NCBI GenBank assembly: GCA_964016885.1
Contig: OZ024742.1
Span: forward strand, 272,428,001-272,492,000
Direction of reading: 5' to 3'
DNA from: Eledone cirrhosa
Lineage: Eukaryota
DNA length: 64,000 nucleotides
Numbering within the stretch: the first letter of the stretch is position 1; every line of letters begins with the position of its first letter. A program made the position numbers and the translations under genes. This document shows, one piece after another, positions 23,119 to 35,810 of this stretch. Under the pieces are notes generated by a model. It was not told the origin of the DNA. It did no database searches and saw nothing but the letters and a program-made list of their open reading frames with translations.

Positions 23119-26100
23119 AAAAAACCGTGACCAAGAAATACCGGGATGGCGGCCGGTTGGGAATAGCCGTGTCTTTACGGGAGGACATTCCCTCTAGTCT
23201 TGGATGACACTCGTCCTAGGAGTGGTAATACGAAATGATTACCCCTTGGCAGTTAAGGATATAACGCAACAAAATAAAGCCAATGTCAAAAGATAAAATC
23301 TCATACCCGATCGGCCGACAACCGGGTCAAAAAGAGCCGCGTCCCTCACAGAGGAACCAGACTAGTGTCGAAACATCAGCTAATAGTTCAAACCTTCCCA
23401 TCAATTTGGAGCTGGAGACCTCCCATAACCGGAATATTCCTACTGTTGGCCCTCCATGTTCACCACCAAGAAATTCAAAGAAAAGAGAGAAAAATAGTCG
23501 AGGGAAGACAATAAAGAAGTTCTTGAGTTTTTCTACACTGCCATGTACTACCCATCAATTAGATCGAATACAGAACAGACATATATCAACTGGATAAGAA
23601 ACATCCCGAAAACAGAGACTATATTGACAGTAACGAACAGAAATATTGTTAAGTAAATGTTACTCACTGATATAGAAATTGATCAGATCAAGCAATTAGC
23701 GGAAAGTGAAAGCAAGGTAAATTGTAACAATTCAAATCCCAGGGTTGCGCGGAATCACTGACAGCAGAACAAATTAAAGAAAGCATCTAAAAAGTGGAAG
23801 GAGTGCATGCTCAAGATGAAACTCAAAATGAAAACAATAAGGTTGTCAATGATAAAGAATTGAATGAGAATGAAGTCGCCGATTTGAAGAATGAAATTAT
23901 GATCGAATGGATGAAAATGAAAGAATCTGACATGGGGGACCGAGACACGCTCCCAAAGATGCTGAACTCCAAACAAAACAAAGGATAATACAGAGGACTA
24001 CCATAACTCTCAAAAACATTATCATCACAAATAAACTAGATATTACTGATCTAAATCATCTCTATTATACATCGGCTAAAGTCACCACTCACTTATGTGC
24101 AGTGAAAATGAAAAATAGAAGGAATCCTGCCCCAAAACCTACTTGGCAAGGGAACATAAATCGCCAAATAAAACCTCTCCGATCTGACATAGAAATTTTA
24201 GCAAACTACAAAGTAGGTGAACATGTTAAAGAAAGTAAAATTAGAAAATTGAAATGGAAATACAGTATAAAATAAACAATTGCCATACAAAGCTGATTGA
24301 AACAATCAAGCAAAAAGTGTCGGCGTAATCGGTCCGTATAAGGCGCTTTGAAAAACGATCTAGATTCTATAAGGACAATATTATGTTAAAAAACAACCAA
24401 AGAAAATTGTACAGAAAAATTGGCAAGTCAACAATAACTGCTAAATAAATGCCACCTCAGGAGGAAGTGCAAGAATTCTGGGAAAAGATCTGGCTTACCT
24501 TGAGGAACTAACATGGGAAAATATTACAATTGAAAATCTGCGCTTAGCTCTTAGAAATTCCAGCAAATGGAATACCCCAGGGAAAGAAAAAATACCAAAA
24601 GTTTGGATAAATACCTTCACAGAGTCTCACTAGTTGTTATCCCAACTTTACAATGAAATGGTTAAGGAGCCAGAAGAGATACCGTCATGGCTGCTTCCGA
24701 AGTATGAGGAGACAAACAATTCCAAAAATTACAGACCGATAACTTGTTTGACCAGAATGTATACTATTTTAACATCAGTCCTAACTCAATATACATATGA
24801 CCACCAAGATAACAAATGATCTCTTACCCAATGAGCAGAAAAGGTGTAAACGAGGCACTTATGGCTGTAAGGATCAGCTTTTGGTTGAACAAAGGATATT
24901 GGAAGATTGTCATAATAGACATAAAAATCAATCGATTGCTTAGATAGATTACGAAAAGGCAGTCGATAGTTTGCCATACAGTTGGATCGAAAAGAGTTTA
25001 CAGATTTTCAAAATATCTCCCGTTGTCAGGAGGTTCCTGTCATTCCGTATGAAGACATGGAAAACGACACTCCTTTTGAATAGTTAAACAAATCACTGAA
25101 AGCTGGAGAAGTTAATATTAATTGTGGAATTCTTCAGGGTGACTCTTTATCATCGCTGTTATCTGCATCGCACTTATACCATTATGTAAAATGCTTTATG
25201 AAACAAAACATGGATATAAAGTCTATGTCAAAACCATTAATCACTTGTTCTACATGGATGACCTGAAACTATTTGCAAAAAATGATGATCACTTGCAAGG
25301 GCTATTATCCACTATGAAGCATTCAGGCATGATATCAAAATGGAGTTTGGACTAAACAAATGCGCCAAATCCACGTTCACCAGAGGAAAGATGTTGAGAA
25401 GTTCAGACATTAATTTTGATCGGGGGAATGTGATAAGAAAACTTGATCAAGAGGAAACTTACATATATCTAGATCTCTGTGAAGGAGACGGAATCAAGCA
25501 CTCAAAAAATGATGAAAGGATAAGGAAGGAACGTTACTGCAGAGTAAGTGCAATCTTAAGAACGGAATTGAATACAAGGAATATCATCGATGCCATAAAA
25601 ACGCTTGCCTTACAAGTAGTAACCTACAGTTTCAATGTCATCAACTGGTCCAGTACAGAGATCCGTATGCTCGATACAAACATTAGACAATTCTTAACCA
25701 TGCAAAGAATGCATCACCCTAAGGCAGATAAAGATATAACATATCTCCCTAGGATAGAAGGAAGACTTAGATTAATCCAGTTAGATACTGCTTTGAAAAC
25801 TAAACAATTAGAGTATCTACATATATAGGGGAATCCCATGTTCGGATGATCACACTCGTTTTGAAACATGAAAGCATCAAAATATCATCTACCATTACAA
25901 AAGATGCACAAACATAAAGTAATGAACTACAAAGGAAAAACACTAAAAAAGCAAAGAAAGTAACTGCAAAAAAGAACTGCTACAAATACTGGCTAAGAAA
26001 TAGCAAGAAAAGCTCTGTATGGAAAATACCCAGAAAGAGCTATCAACCCTGATGATGACAAAATGTTAACCCATCAGTCGCTGGCATCCTCTGGACTGAA

Positions 26101-26854
26101 ATCGGAGACTGAATGACTGATTATATAAGCACAAGATCAGTGTCTGCCAACAAACAATTATCAAGCCAACATAATTAAAAATGGATGCAACCCATTATGC
26201 CGTGTATGCAAAAAATAACCAGAGACCATTGATTTTATAATTTCAATGTGCAGTCCTATAGCTCCAACCGAATACCTAAATAGGCACGATAGAGCTGCAC
26301 AACATACATTGGATATTGTATAAGAGTTTTGACCTGCTCCATCAAAAGAATTGGTGGGAGCACCAACCACCTCCTGTACTTGTAAAAGATCAAACTTGTG
26401 GAACTTTAGCATCCAAACAGACCGAAAAATAGATGCAAATAGACCTGATATAATACTGAAAGACTTTAAAAACAGAGTATGCCTGCTAATTGATATGTCC
26501 GTCCCAATAGACAAGAATGTATCTATAAAAAACATTTGAAAAATTGAGCAAGTATAAGGACCTGGAGATAGAAATGGGAAAAATGTGGAGGTTGAGAAAT
26601 AAAACAATACCAGTGGTTGTAGGCACTCTAGGAAACCCGCGTATAGAAGAAATTCAAAAGATAGTACTAATGGGAACTTCCCATATACTAAGGAAGATTC
26701 TGTCAATATAAGTACATCACAAGTCTAAACACCTAAAGATGCATGCGTGTATGTATGTTCTATCTTGAACATGGCGGACATTGTTTTCTCTTGAGTTCAC
26801 CGATTGGGACTTGGTGATAACGCATATGAACATAAAGGAAGATAAATGCAACTG
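23117..26854 (+). mobile_element. R4/Dong family 2, full-length but heavily decayed copy
   Basis: Fragments NYRPITCL (ORF 24634), the cacttgttctacatggatgacctg HLFYMDDL motif (~25242-25265), MEFGLNKC (25340), HPKAD and RLE NRPDIILKD (ORF 26351). (AAT)n at 23084-23116 and 26855-26872. Confidence 0.88.
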
Positions 26855-26872
26855 TAATAATAATAATAACAA

Positions 26873-28437
26873 CCCCTTTGTAATTTGTCCTTGCCCTGAT
26901 ACCCTTGTCTGTCAGATTGCGAAAAGTGAGAGCAGGATACAAGTTGGGAAGAGAAGAGTTTACCATCAACCACTTCCTCTTCATGCACGATCTTCAACTC
27001 TTTGGAAAGAGTGAGGAGTTGGATGTACTTGTTGACACTGTCCGTATTTTCGGCAATGATATATGTATGCAATGTGGTGTTAATAAGTGTGGAGACCTAT
27101 TGATGAGGAGGGGTAAATTGAGCTGAAGCAACGCAATCCAGGTACCAACAGGTGAGAAGATAAAGGAAATTGACACTGAATAGGGATACACATATTTAGG
27201 TGTTCATGAAGCAGATGATATCTGAATACATAAAGGGAGTAAGGAACATATTAAAATCACATCTAAATAATCGGAATGTCATAAGTGCAGTAAATTCCCG
27301 TGCTGGATCTATCATTAGGTACAGTGCGGGAATTCTGAGATGGAATGTTGCTGAACAAAAAGAAATGGATAGGAAGACTAGGAAGCTAATGACTACCTAC
27401 AACATGTTCCATAAGAGGAGTGATGTTGATAGACTCAACTTAAAGAGATTTGAAGGTGGAAGTGGTCTTATCAGCATGGAGTACTGTGTTCATAAAAGAA
27501 GAACAACCTGCACAAATAGTTGACTGACGTAAAATTGTACTGAAAGTGAAGACAATAGACCAGAGGATGTCCAAGGAAGAAATAACAACAAGGAGGAAGA
27601 GCAACCTTCATGAAAAGTCCCTTCATAGTACCTTCTTTAGGAAAATTGAATTTAGAGATCCACAAACATGGAACTGGTTAAAAAGAGGAGACCTTTAAAA
27701 AGCTACAGACGGAATGCTAATGGCTGCTCATGTGCAAGGCCTCAGAACGAAGTGGGTGAAACACCATATTGTCAAGGAGGAGGCTAGCTCACTGTGTAGG
27801 ATATGGGGAGAGAGAGAGGAGACTGTGGCTCACATTGTATCCGAGTGTAAACACCTAGCCCAGACTCACTATAAAGGCTGGAGACATGATGAGATAGGGT
27901 GATCCACTGGCATCTATGCAAAGTAAAAAATTTACCACATTCTGAGAAGTGGTATGAGCCTAAGCCAGAGTCGCTGATACAACACGATCAGGTGAAGGTG
28001 CTATAGTATTTTAGGATACAGACGGACAAGAAATTGGAACACAATAGGCCTGACCTGGTGGTTTTGGACAAGGAAAAAAGATCGTGTCAGGATGTAGATA
28101 TAGCCTGCCCATTTCACCCGAGAATGCAAGAAAAGGAGAGGGAGAAAATTAACCGATACCAGGACTTAAAGTGGGAGTTTAAAAGGATTTAGAACTGCCA
28201 TGAAATCAAGGTCGTCCCGATTGTTATAGGCGCACTAGGTATCTCAAAGAGTTTCCAAGGATGGTTAAAGAAGATTAGTCCAGCCCCGCTTTTTTGGAAC
28301 ACTTCAAAAGGCATGCTTGCTGGGAACAGCAAGAACCCTCCGATACGTCCTGAATATCTGAGGCTGCAGGTTGGGCTTGATATTCATTTCAACATGTTTT
28401 TCAGTTAATTAACAACAATGGCTGAGACTCAAAGGAC
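26873..28437 (+). mobile_element. R4/Dong family 1, copy 4 (5'-truncated, older)
   Basis: Starts within RT just after QGDSLS and runs through the RLE and a 3' UTR like that at 9808-9881. A short (AAT)3 follows at 28438-28446. Confidence 0.9.
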
Positions 28438-28446
28438 AATAATAAT

Positions 28447-29994
28447 GGTTTCTGTATTGGCCACAAGGGCTAACATGAAGAAAAACATTAGAGACGGCAC
28501 AGAACAATACAGGACGGTACAAAGTGTGTTTTGGTCGTGTAAACAGGGTCTAACGAGATAGAAATCGGGCTAGAAATCAAAATACTTTCAAACAACAAAA
28601 ATTCCCCAAATAGAGGGGAACCTCCGAGGTTCACTCGTGGCAAATCCACCTGATGACGTTGAGAATGTGATCATGCTCCCAAGATGTCAACAGGCCACGT
28701 ACATTTATACTGCCTATTCTAAGTACGGCCTTTTTGGATGAGAAACAGGTAAATGAGAAAGGATCACTTACTTTGATCATGTGGTGAAGGGACATTAGAA
28801 CCGTCCCTTTGGCTGGTCATGGGTGTTTCCAAGGGTATGTCGGTGTATATCCTCTTGGTAACTGTCCCTTTTTTGTTTTGTGTGGCAGACCGGTTGCAAC
28901 TTCCCACCCGCCTCATACTCCATGCCGGACTCCGTGGCGCCTGGGAAAGTATGAACTCCACTGCTGTTTGGCGTGATAGTTGAACCCGCTCCGGCGATTT
29001 TGCCGCCTGTGTATCTACTGCGCTTGTTGGTGTTGCCGCCACTGCTGCCGCTGTTTTAGTTGTCCATGACCTTAGTATGGGTGCCACGGACGTTGCCCTA
29101 CTTCTCACCATGGAAGGGTCTTCTTCCTCTGTTGCATGCCCTACTCTTGGTAGAAGCTAATCAGGCGTCGGAAGGTAGTGGGCCTTCTTATTGGCTGTCT
29201 TCTGCGGGCAGAAGTCCCTGTGGTGACCTTTCTGCTACCATAGATAGCACTTTGGGCGCCTTCCTTCCACGCGTATAGGGAGTTGGCGTCCTTCTTCGAG
29301 GTCTATGATGTCTGGGATGGCCTCGATGCACACCTGGTCAGTCTGTATTAGCATTTGCATGCTTATTCCTGTCCAGTTCCCTCTTCCCATTCTCTGTATT
29401 TGCAGTGTGGTGGTCTTCTCGATTCCAGCAAGTACACACGTGGCCAGCCAAGGTATGGCCACGTCGGGTGGGACCTGGGTCACTTTCACCATCACAATGT
29501 TCTGTCCGCAGTAGAGGGCACCAAGACTATCTCCTCACTCCTTGGCTTTCCAAAGAGTGACACTTCGCCTCTTGGGGCTTGGCGAAATGTACGTCTACTG
29601 AGGCGTACATTTTGCCAGGGGTGATGTGTGTTTTGCGCGCCCAGACGCACCCCAAGTCCTTTTGTATTTGAGCCTCCGTGGCTCTCTCCGCCCAGTGGGA
29701 CATTTTGCTTATGGTGCGGTAAGTCACCGTGCCCAGCTGCTGGGTCTTTGAAGAAATAGGGGTGAAGGTTTCAGGGAAACTATATTTTCATTCCTTGTCA
29801 CCATGGCTCTTGCGACTGCCATCTCCTCCTCCGTAAATAGCACTGTCCTCTATATTTTTGGGCCACACTTGCGAAAGAAAATGGCCCTTTTTCAGCGGCA
29901 CCATTATTGCTGCCGTTACAGCTGCTACTGGTCTTTGTTGTTGGTGCTGTTGCTACTGCTAATAAACTTTGTTGTTGCTGTTATCACTGTTGTA
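28447..29994 (-). mobile_element. Tx1-clade copy D: ORF1 remnant joined to the 3' UTR with almost all of ORF2 missing; 5' part lost in the assembly gap
   Basis: ORF1 fragments 29527-29727 and 29235-29495 (EGRRPKCYLW). The first ORF2 codons (KAVLRIGSINVRGL) join the 3' UTR near 28650. Confidence 0.82.
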
Positions 29995-30194
29995 NNNNNN
30001 NNNNNNNNNNNNNNNNNNNNNNNNNNNNNNNNNNNNNNNNNNNNNNNNNNNNNNNNNNNNNNNNNNNNNNNNNNNNNNNNNNNNNNNNNNNNNNNNNNNN
30101 NNNNNNNNNNNNNNNNNNNNNNNNNNNNNNNNNNNNNNNNNNNNNNNNNNNNNNNNNNNNNNNNNNNNNNNNNNNNNNNNNNNNNNNNNNNNNN
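29995..30194. other. Assembly gap (200 N)
   Basis: Run of N. Confidence 1.
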
Positions 30195-30540
30195 GAGATG
30201 GTCGTGGGGAAGACTTCTCAAACATTCAGTGCAGCGGGTCCTATCAGAAGCAGCCGTCTTCAATACATCCACTTGGATCGTCAAGCGAGACCGGTGAAGC
30301 TCTTGGATGTTATCCAACCATTTGGCTTTTACACTTAACTCCCTACTTCTGATCAAGACATGAAGAAGATGGCGAATTACTGAACCAGCACTTGTATTTA
30401 TTGCACTTAATTCGGTCTCCTGCCATTCATCACTCTTCAACAGGGCCCCGAGAGACGTGAACTTCTCCAACTGCTTCACTGGAGCTCCCTTCACATGTAG
30501 TGTGCACGGCGCAGTCTTCCTTAAGCGGTCGAGTGTCTCT
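30195..30540 (-). mobile_element. RTE-like LINE fragment (region just after the RT core)
   Basis: Translation VKQLEKFTSLGALLKSD...ELS...RELSVKAK resembles the V..F.YLGS...E...R...LS...K region of RTE-type LINEs. Confidence 0.5.
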
Positions 30541-30971
30541 TGATCACTGAACTCTTCAGTTCAATCTGATTTTTCTCTTCTCATGTTTTGTTATTAGTTA
30601 GTTCCAGCGCGATTACTCGAACTATCATGATTTAATTTCTCTATTTTTCTTGCGGTTCCCTACCCACATATTCATTGCAGAAATTGTGCTGTTCCCTATT
30701 GGTGTATAAATGTTTCGTCTTATTTCAGAATCCAATGAGCCAGAAAATCCCAATCATCAACGGTGTCTACATGTTCAGCGTCCGTTTTGTTTTTATCCAG
30801 AATAGTTAATTATATATAGAAGTTATTGATGCACTAAGAAAAATTGTTCTGTCGTTTGGATTTTCTCAGACTATTATCATGTCCACATGACAGTCGCCGA
30901 CCGGGAACTACCTATTTGTGTGTCCTTTCCGAGATTTCCGCCCTTTATGTGCCGCACTGATATGTTAATGG

Positions 30972-31092
<121 letters not shown>

Positions 31093-31181
31093 CTGTTTGT
31101 GCATGTGTGTGTATATGTGCCTTCTTATGTAAACATAAAACACTTCGCCATTAACACCATCACTACAAAGAACACCAATTA

Positions 31182-31218
<37 letters not shown>

Positions 31219-31322
31219 GCCGGTGCTGCTCTGTTACTACTACTGATTCTGCTGCTATGCTATTCTAATACTACTAACAACAACAACAACAAATTTGTTT
31301 TCATATCTCTTTTATTATATTA

Positions 31323-31950
31323 CTAGCAGAATGGTCCAACGTTGCTCGGGATTTGCTCTAGGGTTCTTATACATTTGATATATATCCATGCTTATCGAGC
31401 CTCGTGAAATTATACGTTTGTTTATATGTTGTTATTGTGTATGCAAAAATATCTGTACACGAATATATATATATATGTATGTTATAATAACAGATTAAAT
31501 TTTAAGCAAAGAATCGGTGCTTTCACCCTTAACGGGATCTTCTGAAACTAAAAAAAATTAATCTGTGAACGCAGAAGTAAATATTTCGAAAAACGTTACA
31601 CATTATATATATATATATATATATATATATACTATATATATACATATACACACACACATATATAGCGTCATAAATCGTAATTCAGACAGCTAGACATACA
31701 GATAGGTATTATAAAGGCGCAACGTTTATCTATGTATCTATCTAAAAAGAAAGACTAAGAATTATAGACAGAGATCACTTTTCCACATAATGCATTCCCT
31801 ACGGCATTGCACATTTTAAATATGTTTGGTTTAAAACACTCACAGGACCATAATTATTACATGTGTAAAGTTTGAAAACCTTCGGTTGGGTGGTTCTCGA
31901 GTTGTAGGGAATCAGACAGACATACAGACAGACATTCTCTGTTTTATATA
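31323..31950 (-). mobile_element. Non-autonomous Helitron-like element
   Basis: The minus-strand 3' end reads CCCGAGCAACGTTGGA (hairpin remnant), CCATTCTG, CTAG, then T. The 5' end reads TATATAAAACAGAGAATGTCTGTCTG. Contains captured or inserted Penelope pLTR pieces. Confidence 0.65.
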
Positions 31951-31968
31951 TACATATATATATATATA

Positions 31969-34900
31969 CAGGCAGCCATACCCGGCGTTGCCCGGGTGTA
32001 AGTCTACAATTAGTAAATCATTTTTTTTAAGAGAAAACAACGTAGTACGAACCCCCAAAAAATATTTATTTTTAACCATAAGAAGTATGTGTTGTTCGAT
32101 GTAAAAGCGGTAAAATGTTATGGCATATGAAAGGTGAATCAATGCAAAAGTGTGACGTTAACGCGGTGAAGCTCCAAACGCGAAGTATGCCACAAGGAAG
32201 TCAGCAGCCCAAAAGTGAGTCACATGAAATTTATGACAATAATGTGGGATGTTTAGCACTTCAGGGACTGAATTCGTTGCGGGATGACGGAGATAATGTA
32301 TGACAACTTTGAGTGAAAGGTACAAGTGAGGGGGTTGCCATACGTTTGCTAAAGTAGAAACGTAAATTTGTCGTTATGCATTGCGTATATGTAGGCATTC
32401 TAATGATTTAACCACAGCGTTCATTACGGCCAGCATAGAAATGCGGAGGCAACTTCCGCAGCTCTAGCTGGATCAACCGAAACAAAGCGTCAACTGCGGC
32501 AGCAAAGAAATGGGAGTCAACTTCCGCAGCTCGAGCTGCATCAACCGAAACACAGCGTCAACATCGGCAGTAAAGAACTGTGAGTCAACGGCTGCTGTTT
32601 GAGCTGTATCAATCGAAACACAACTGCGGTAGCAAAGACATGTGAATCAACGTCTGCTGCATGCGCTGGCTATTCCATGGAAAACTGGCTCAACCAACCA
32701 GAGGGGAACGTGCATTTCAATACCGTGCAGCTCAAAGTGGTCACAACGTTTACTGTCGAAAAGTATGGTGTTATGAATTTAAAAAAGGCAGTATGTCTAC
32801 AATTTGGTAATTATTGAAAAAGCGAGGTATTTGATTGTTAGAAGACGGTTTGTGTCGCAGTGTTGATTACAAAATCTCTTGGTACACAATGTTTGTGGTT
32901 TTACAGTTTGGAGCAAATGCATAAAGGTTTCTTTTGCTTCCCACTCTGGAACATCCAACGTATAGCTGACCGTGCGAAAAGCATGGCTCTTCTAGGTTTA
33001 TTCCCGCGACAGACAATATTTGCCCCTGAGACTTATTTATCGTCATAGCGAAACTACAACGAACTGGAAACTGGAGATTCCTAAATGAAAAGGGGATCTC
33101 TGATGTTGACGGACAAAGGGGAATCCTTGTGTTAAAAACATTTTCCCCCTTTCCACACCCCGATAGAATCGTCGCCTGGATCAAGTTTTGCGTTAGCTTA
33201 TTTACTGTAGAGGCGGTGCCGTTGCAGAGTTTTGGTGGGTGTAGATTCCTCAAAAGCATAATTGGGCATCCTTGCTTAAGTTCCAATCGATGAAATGGCA
33301 ATCAGGAGGGGTTCAATGAGTTATAAAACTCAATTGGGTAGTTAATGGGGTCTGTGACTGTATCGATGGACTTGTATGTACACGAAGCTGTAGGAAGAGA
33401 TTTAAGCAGTTGTCCGTTGATTTTGTCGACAGTCTCCTTTTTCGGAGCCTGTATTGCCCTTTCGCACAGCCAGTTTGGATTTTGGTAGTTAGTGCTCAAC
33501 TCAGGGAATACTGCATCTGTCAAGTTGTCAGCACTGTCAACTAAAGTGCAGACCGGTTCGAGGGAGATTTTTTCATCAAGTGGCACTTTGCCTTTCCCAA
33601 ATGTCAATAGATCGGTAGCAAAATCTGATGACACTTGGTCACCAAGCAACCGAGCTCTCATGTTCGTAGAGAGCGTTGATGTGACATAACGCCAAAGCGG
33701 AGATGACTTTAAGCATGCTCGAATAGCATCAGCCCTTGTTCCTTTAGGAATAATAGGGAAGGTTTGTCTAAAATCTCCGAATTAAAGAACAGTCACGCCT
33801 GCCAAGGGATCCTGGGAGTCTCTTATGTCTCTTAAAGTCCGTTCCAGTGCCACCAAAGCTCCTTTATGAGCCATGGTACATTCGTCCCAAACTATAAGTT
33901 CACACCTAAGCAGTTCTGACTTTTCTGTTCCTTTGGTAATATTACAGCAGGGTGTGTCATTTGCTGTCATATTGAGGGGGAGTTTGAATGCTGAATGTGC
34001 TGTCCTACCCCCAGGAGGCAAGGGTGCTGCAATACCGGAAGACGCACAGCAAGTGCTATGTGTCTGTGTTGTCGAAACTTGGCAAGGAGAAGCTGTATGA
34101 CAAAAGTCTTCCCTGTGTCTCCAGGGGCGTCCAAGAAAGAGATCCACCCCGTGCGACGGTGGACCCAGTCAGCAATAGTGTTATATGCTTGTTCCTGTTC
34201 CTGCAGCAGCATTTGTTCATGTCCAGTGACATATGTAGCCAAGCTGTCAGTGTCGTAGGATAGTTCCCGAAGTATTTCTGCGGAAATAACGTCGGAGCCT
34301 GTTCTGTTGGTTTGGGGTAGCCATATGTCTGCAGTGGATTCCCACCCATTGCAGCTATCATATTTTCAATTTCAATAAGTGCTTTGTTGTAGATTTCATC
34401 TATGAAGCCTACTACCATGTCATGTCAAGAAGTTGTAATTGTGCTTGATATCTGAAGTCATCAGAGGGGTTATCTCTGTACCTGAGCCACAAGAAGGAAG
34501 GATCGGGCAATTCACTAATGTACAGTAAGACAGCCAAAAACGTCCTAAGGCTGTGTGGCATTTGTGAAACAACTTCTTCTGTCAAAGTGGCATCCAACTG
34601 AGCACCATCTTCCAGTAGTCCACGCCTGAGGCAGGCCTCTCTGTACGTGTCGTAAATTTGGCCATCAACACTTCTTAGGTGTTGAAAAGTTGTTGCTCCT
34701 CTTACGTCATGGAGAAGCATACGCAAGTAGTAACATTCTTTGTAGATAGGGGGCACTGTGTAAACTCGCGCCAGGCAGCTGTCAAAGTTAAAATTTGGAT
34801 GACCATCAACGCTTTAACCTTTGATTCTTGGCTTCCATGAATACTTTTCCCATTTGTAGAAAGAGGGGACTTGGGGATACAACAAAGTGAGAGCGAATAC

Positions 34901-35600
34901 GTCGTCTTGACATAGTTGAAAGAATGCAGTAAGTGTTGTGTTCCTTGGTTGCAGAGCCCTCAGAAAAGCTGTTTGTTTTGTATAGTGCACTCTTTGGCCG
35001 TTTTGCAGGTGCACAGCAAGGTGTTGGACGGCAGAGTATCTTCAGTGCATTGAGAAATGGTAAATTCACCAAAAGGCCTCGCTGGTACTTATATATCGTA
35101 CTGATTGGTACTTTGCAACTTCATCCCGTTGTTTTTCTTCTTTAAGCCCGAACATGGTGGCATCCGGGCCCTTATGTATATACTTGCAGACATGTATATA
35201 CTTGCAGACATATAGAGTTCCACCATTCAACATTTATGTAGGAGTTGAACGCCTTGACTAGTAATGGGCAGTACGGTACAATCCATCAGTTGTCAATTTT
35301 ATGTTTTCCAACCAGTGCTCTTAATCCGCCGTCCTCAGGGCTTCTTCGTCTGTATGATGGGTAACCGTCATCAGCAGTTTGAGTTTCGCGAAGGAAGGCT
35401 TTTGGGTATTTTTTGGAGCAAATACAGTTGTTCAAACACGGGGAGTTAGATTTGAAGCCACGTCCACAAGGACCATGAACCATGTGCGCCGTAACCCTGT
35501 CAAATAGGGTTTTGTCAGTTTGCAGGTTTCGAAGCTTTGCGGATATAATCTTGTCGATGTCGTCTGCTCTGATTTTTTTTCGACAACCAAATAAGAATGC
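31969..35600 (-). mobile_element. Helitron, decayed Rep/PIF1-helicase coding region with 3' hairpin
   Basis: Rep-region motifs PHAxILIW, MVHGPCG, CSKKYPK, DDGYPSYRRR and ECYYLRMLL. Helicase motifs DAPGDTGKTF, GGRTAHSAFKLP, IVWDECTM, LLRNL..PKLCNGT, FAMTINKSQGQ and FSHGQLYVGCSRV. 3' hairpin CCCGG-GCAACG-CCGGG at 31981-31996 with a degenerate CTAG. Confidence 0.9.
32450..32665 (+). repeat. Diverged ~67-bp tandem repeat (~3 units)
   Basis: Recurring tcaac...gagctgcatcaaccgaaacacagcgtcaac...cggcagcaaaga...gagtcaac units. Confidence 0.75.
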
Positions 35601-35810
35601 GAGCATGGGGGAGTCTACAACAACTACTGTCACTAAAAAAATGGCGTAAGTGGAACGCCACACGTACAGACACATACTCACGCACGCAAACGCTCAAACG
35701 CTGGCACACTCAGCACGCACGTGTGCACGTACACACACATGTTAATAGATTTAACTCTTACTGGAACGCTGCACGAACACACACACACACGCGCATGCAC
35801 ACACACACGC

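Noticed and set aside
3803-28446. Repeat-spacer-like pattern or telomeric retrotransposon array
   Set aside because: The spacers are kb-long retrotransposons, so this is not CRISPR. The linker is AAT rather than TTAGGG/TTAGG and elements point both ways, unlike telomeric arrays.
29803-30494. ORFs spanning the N run
   Set aside because: Artefacts of translating the assembly gap.
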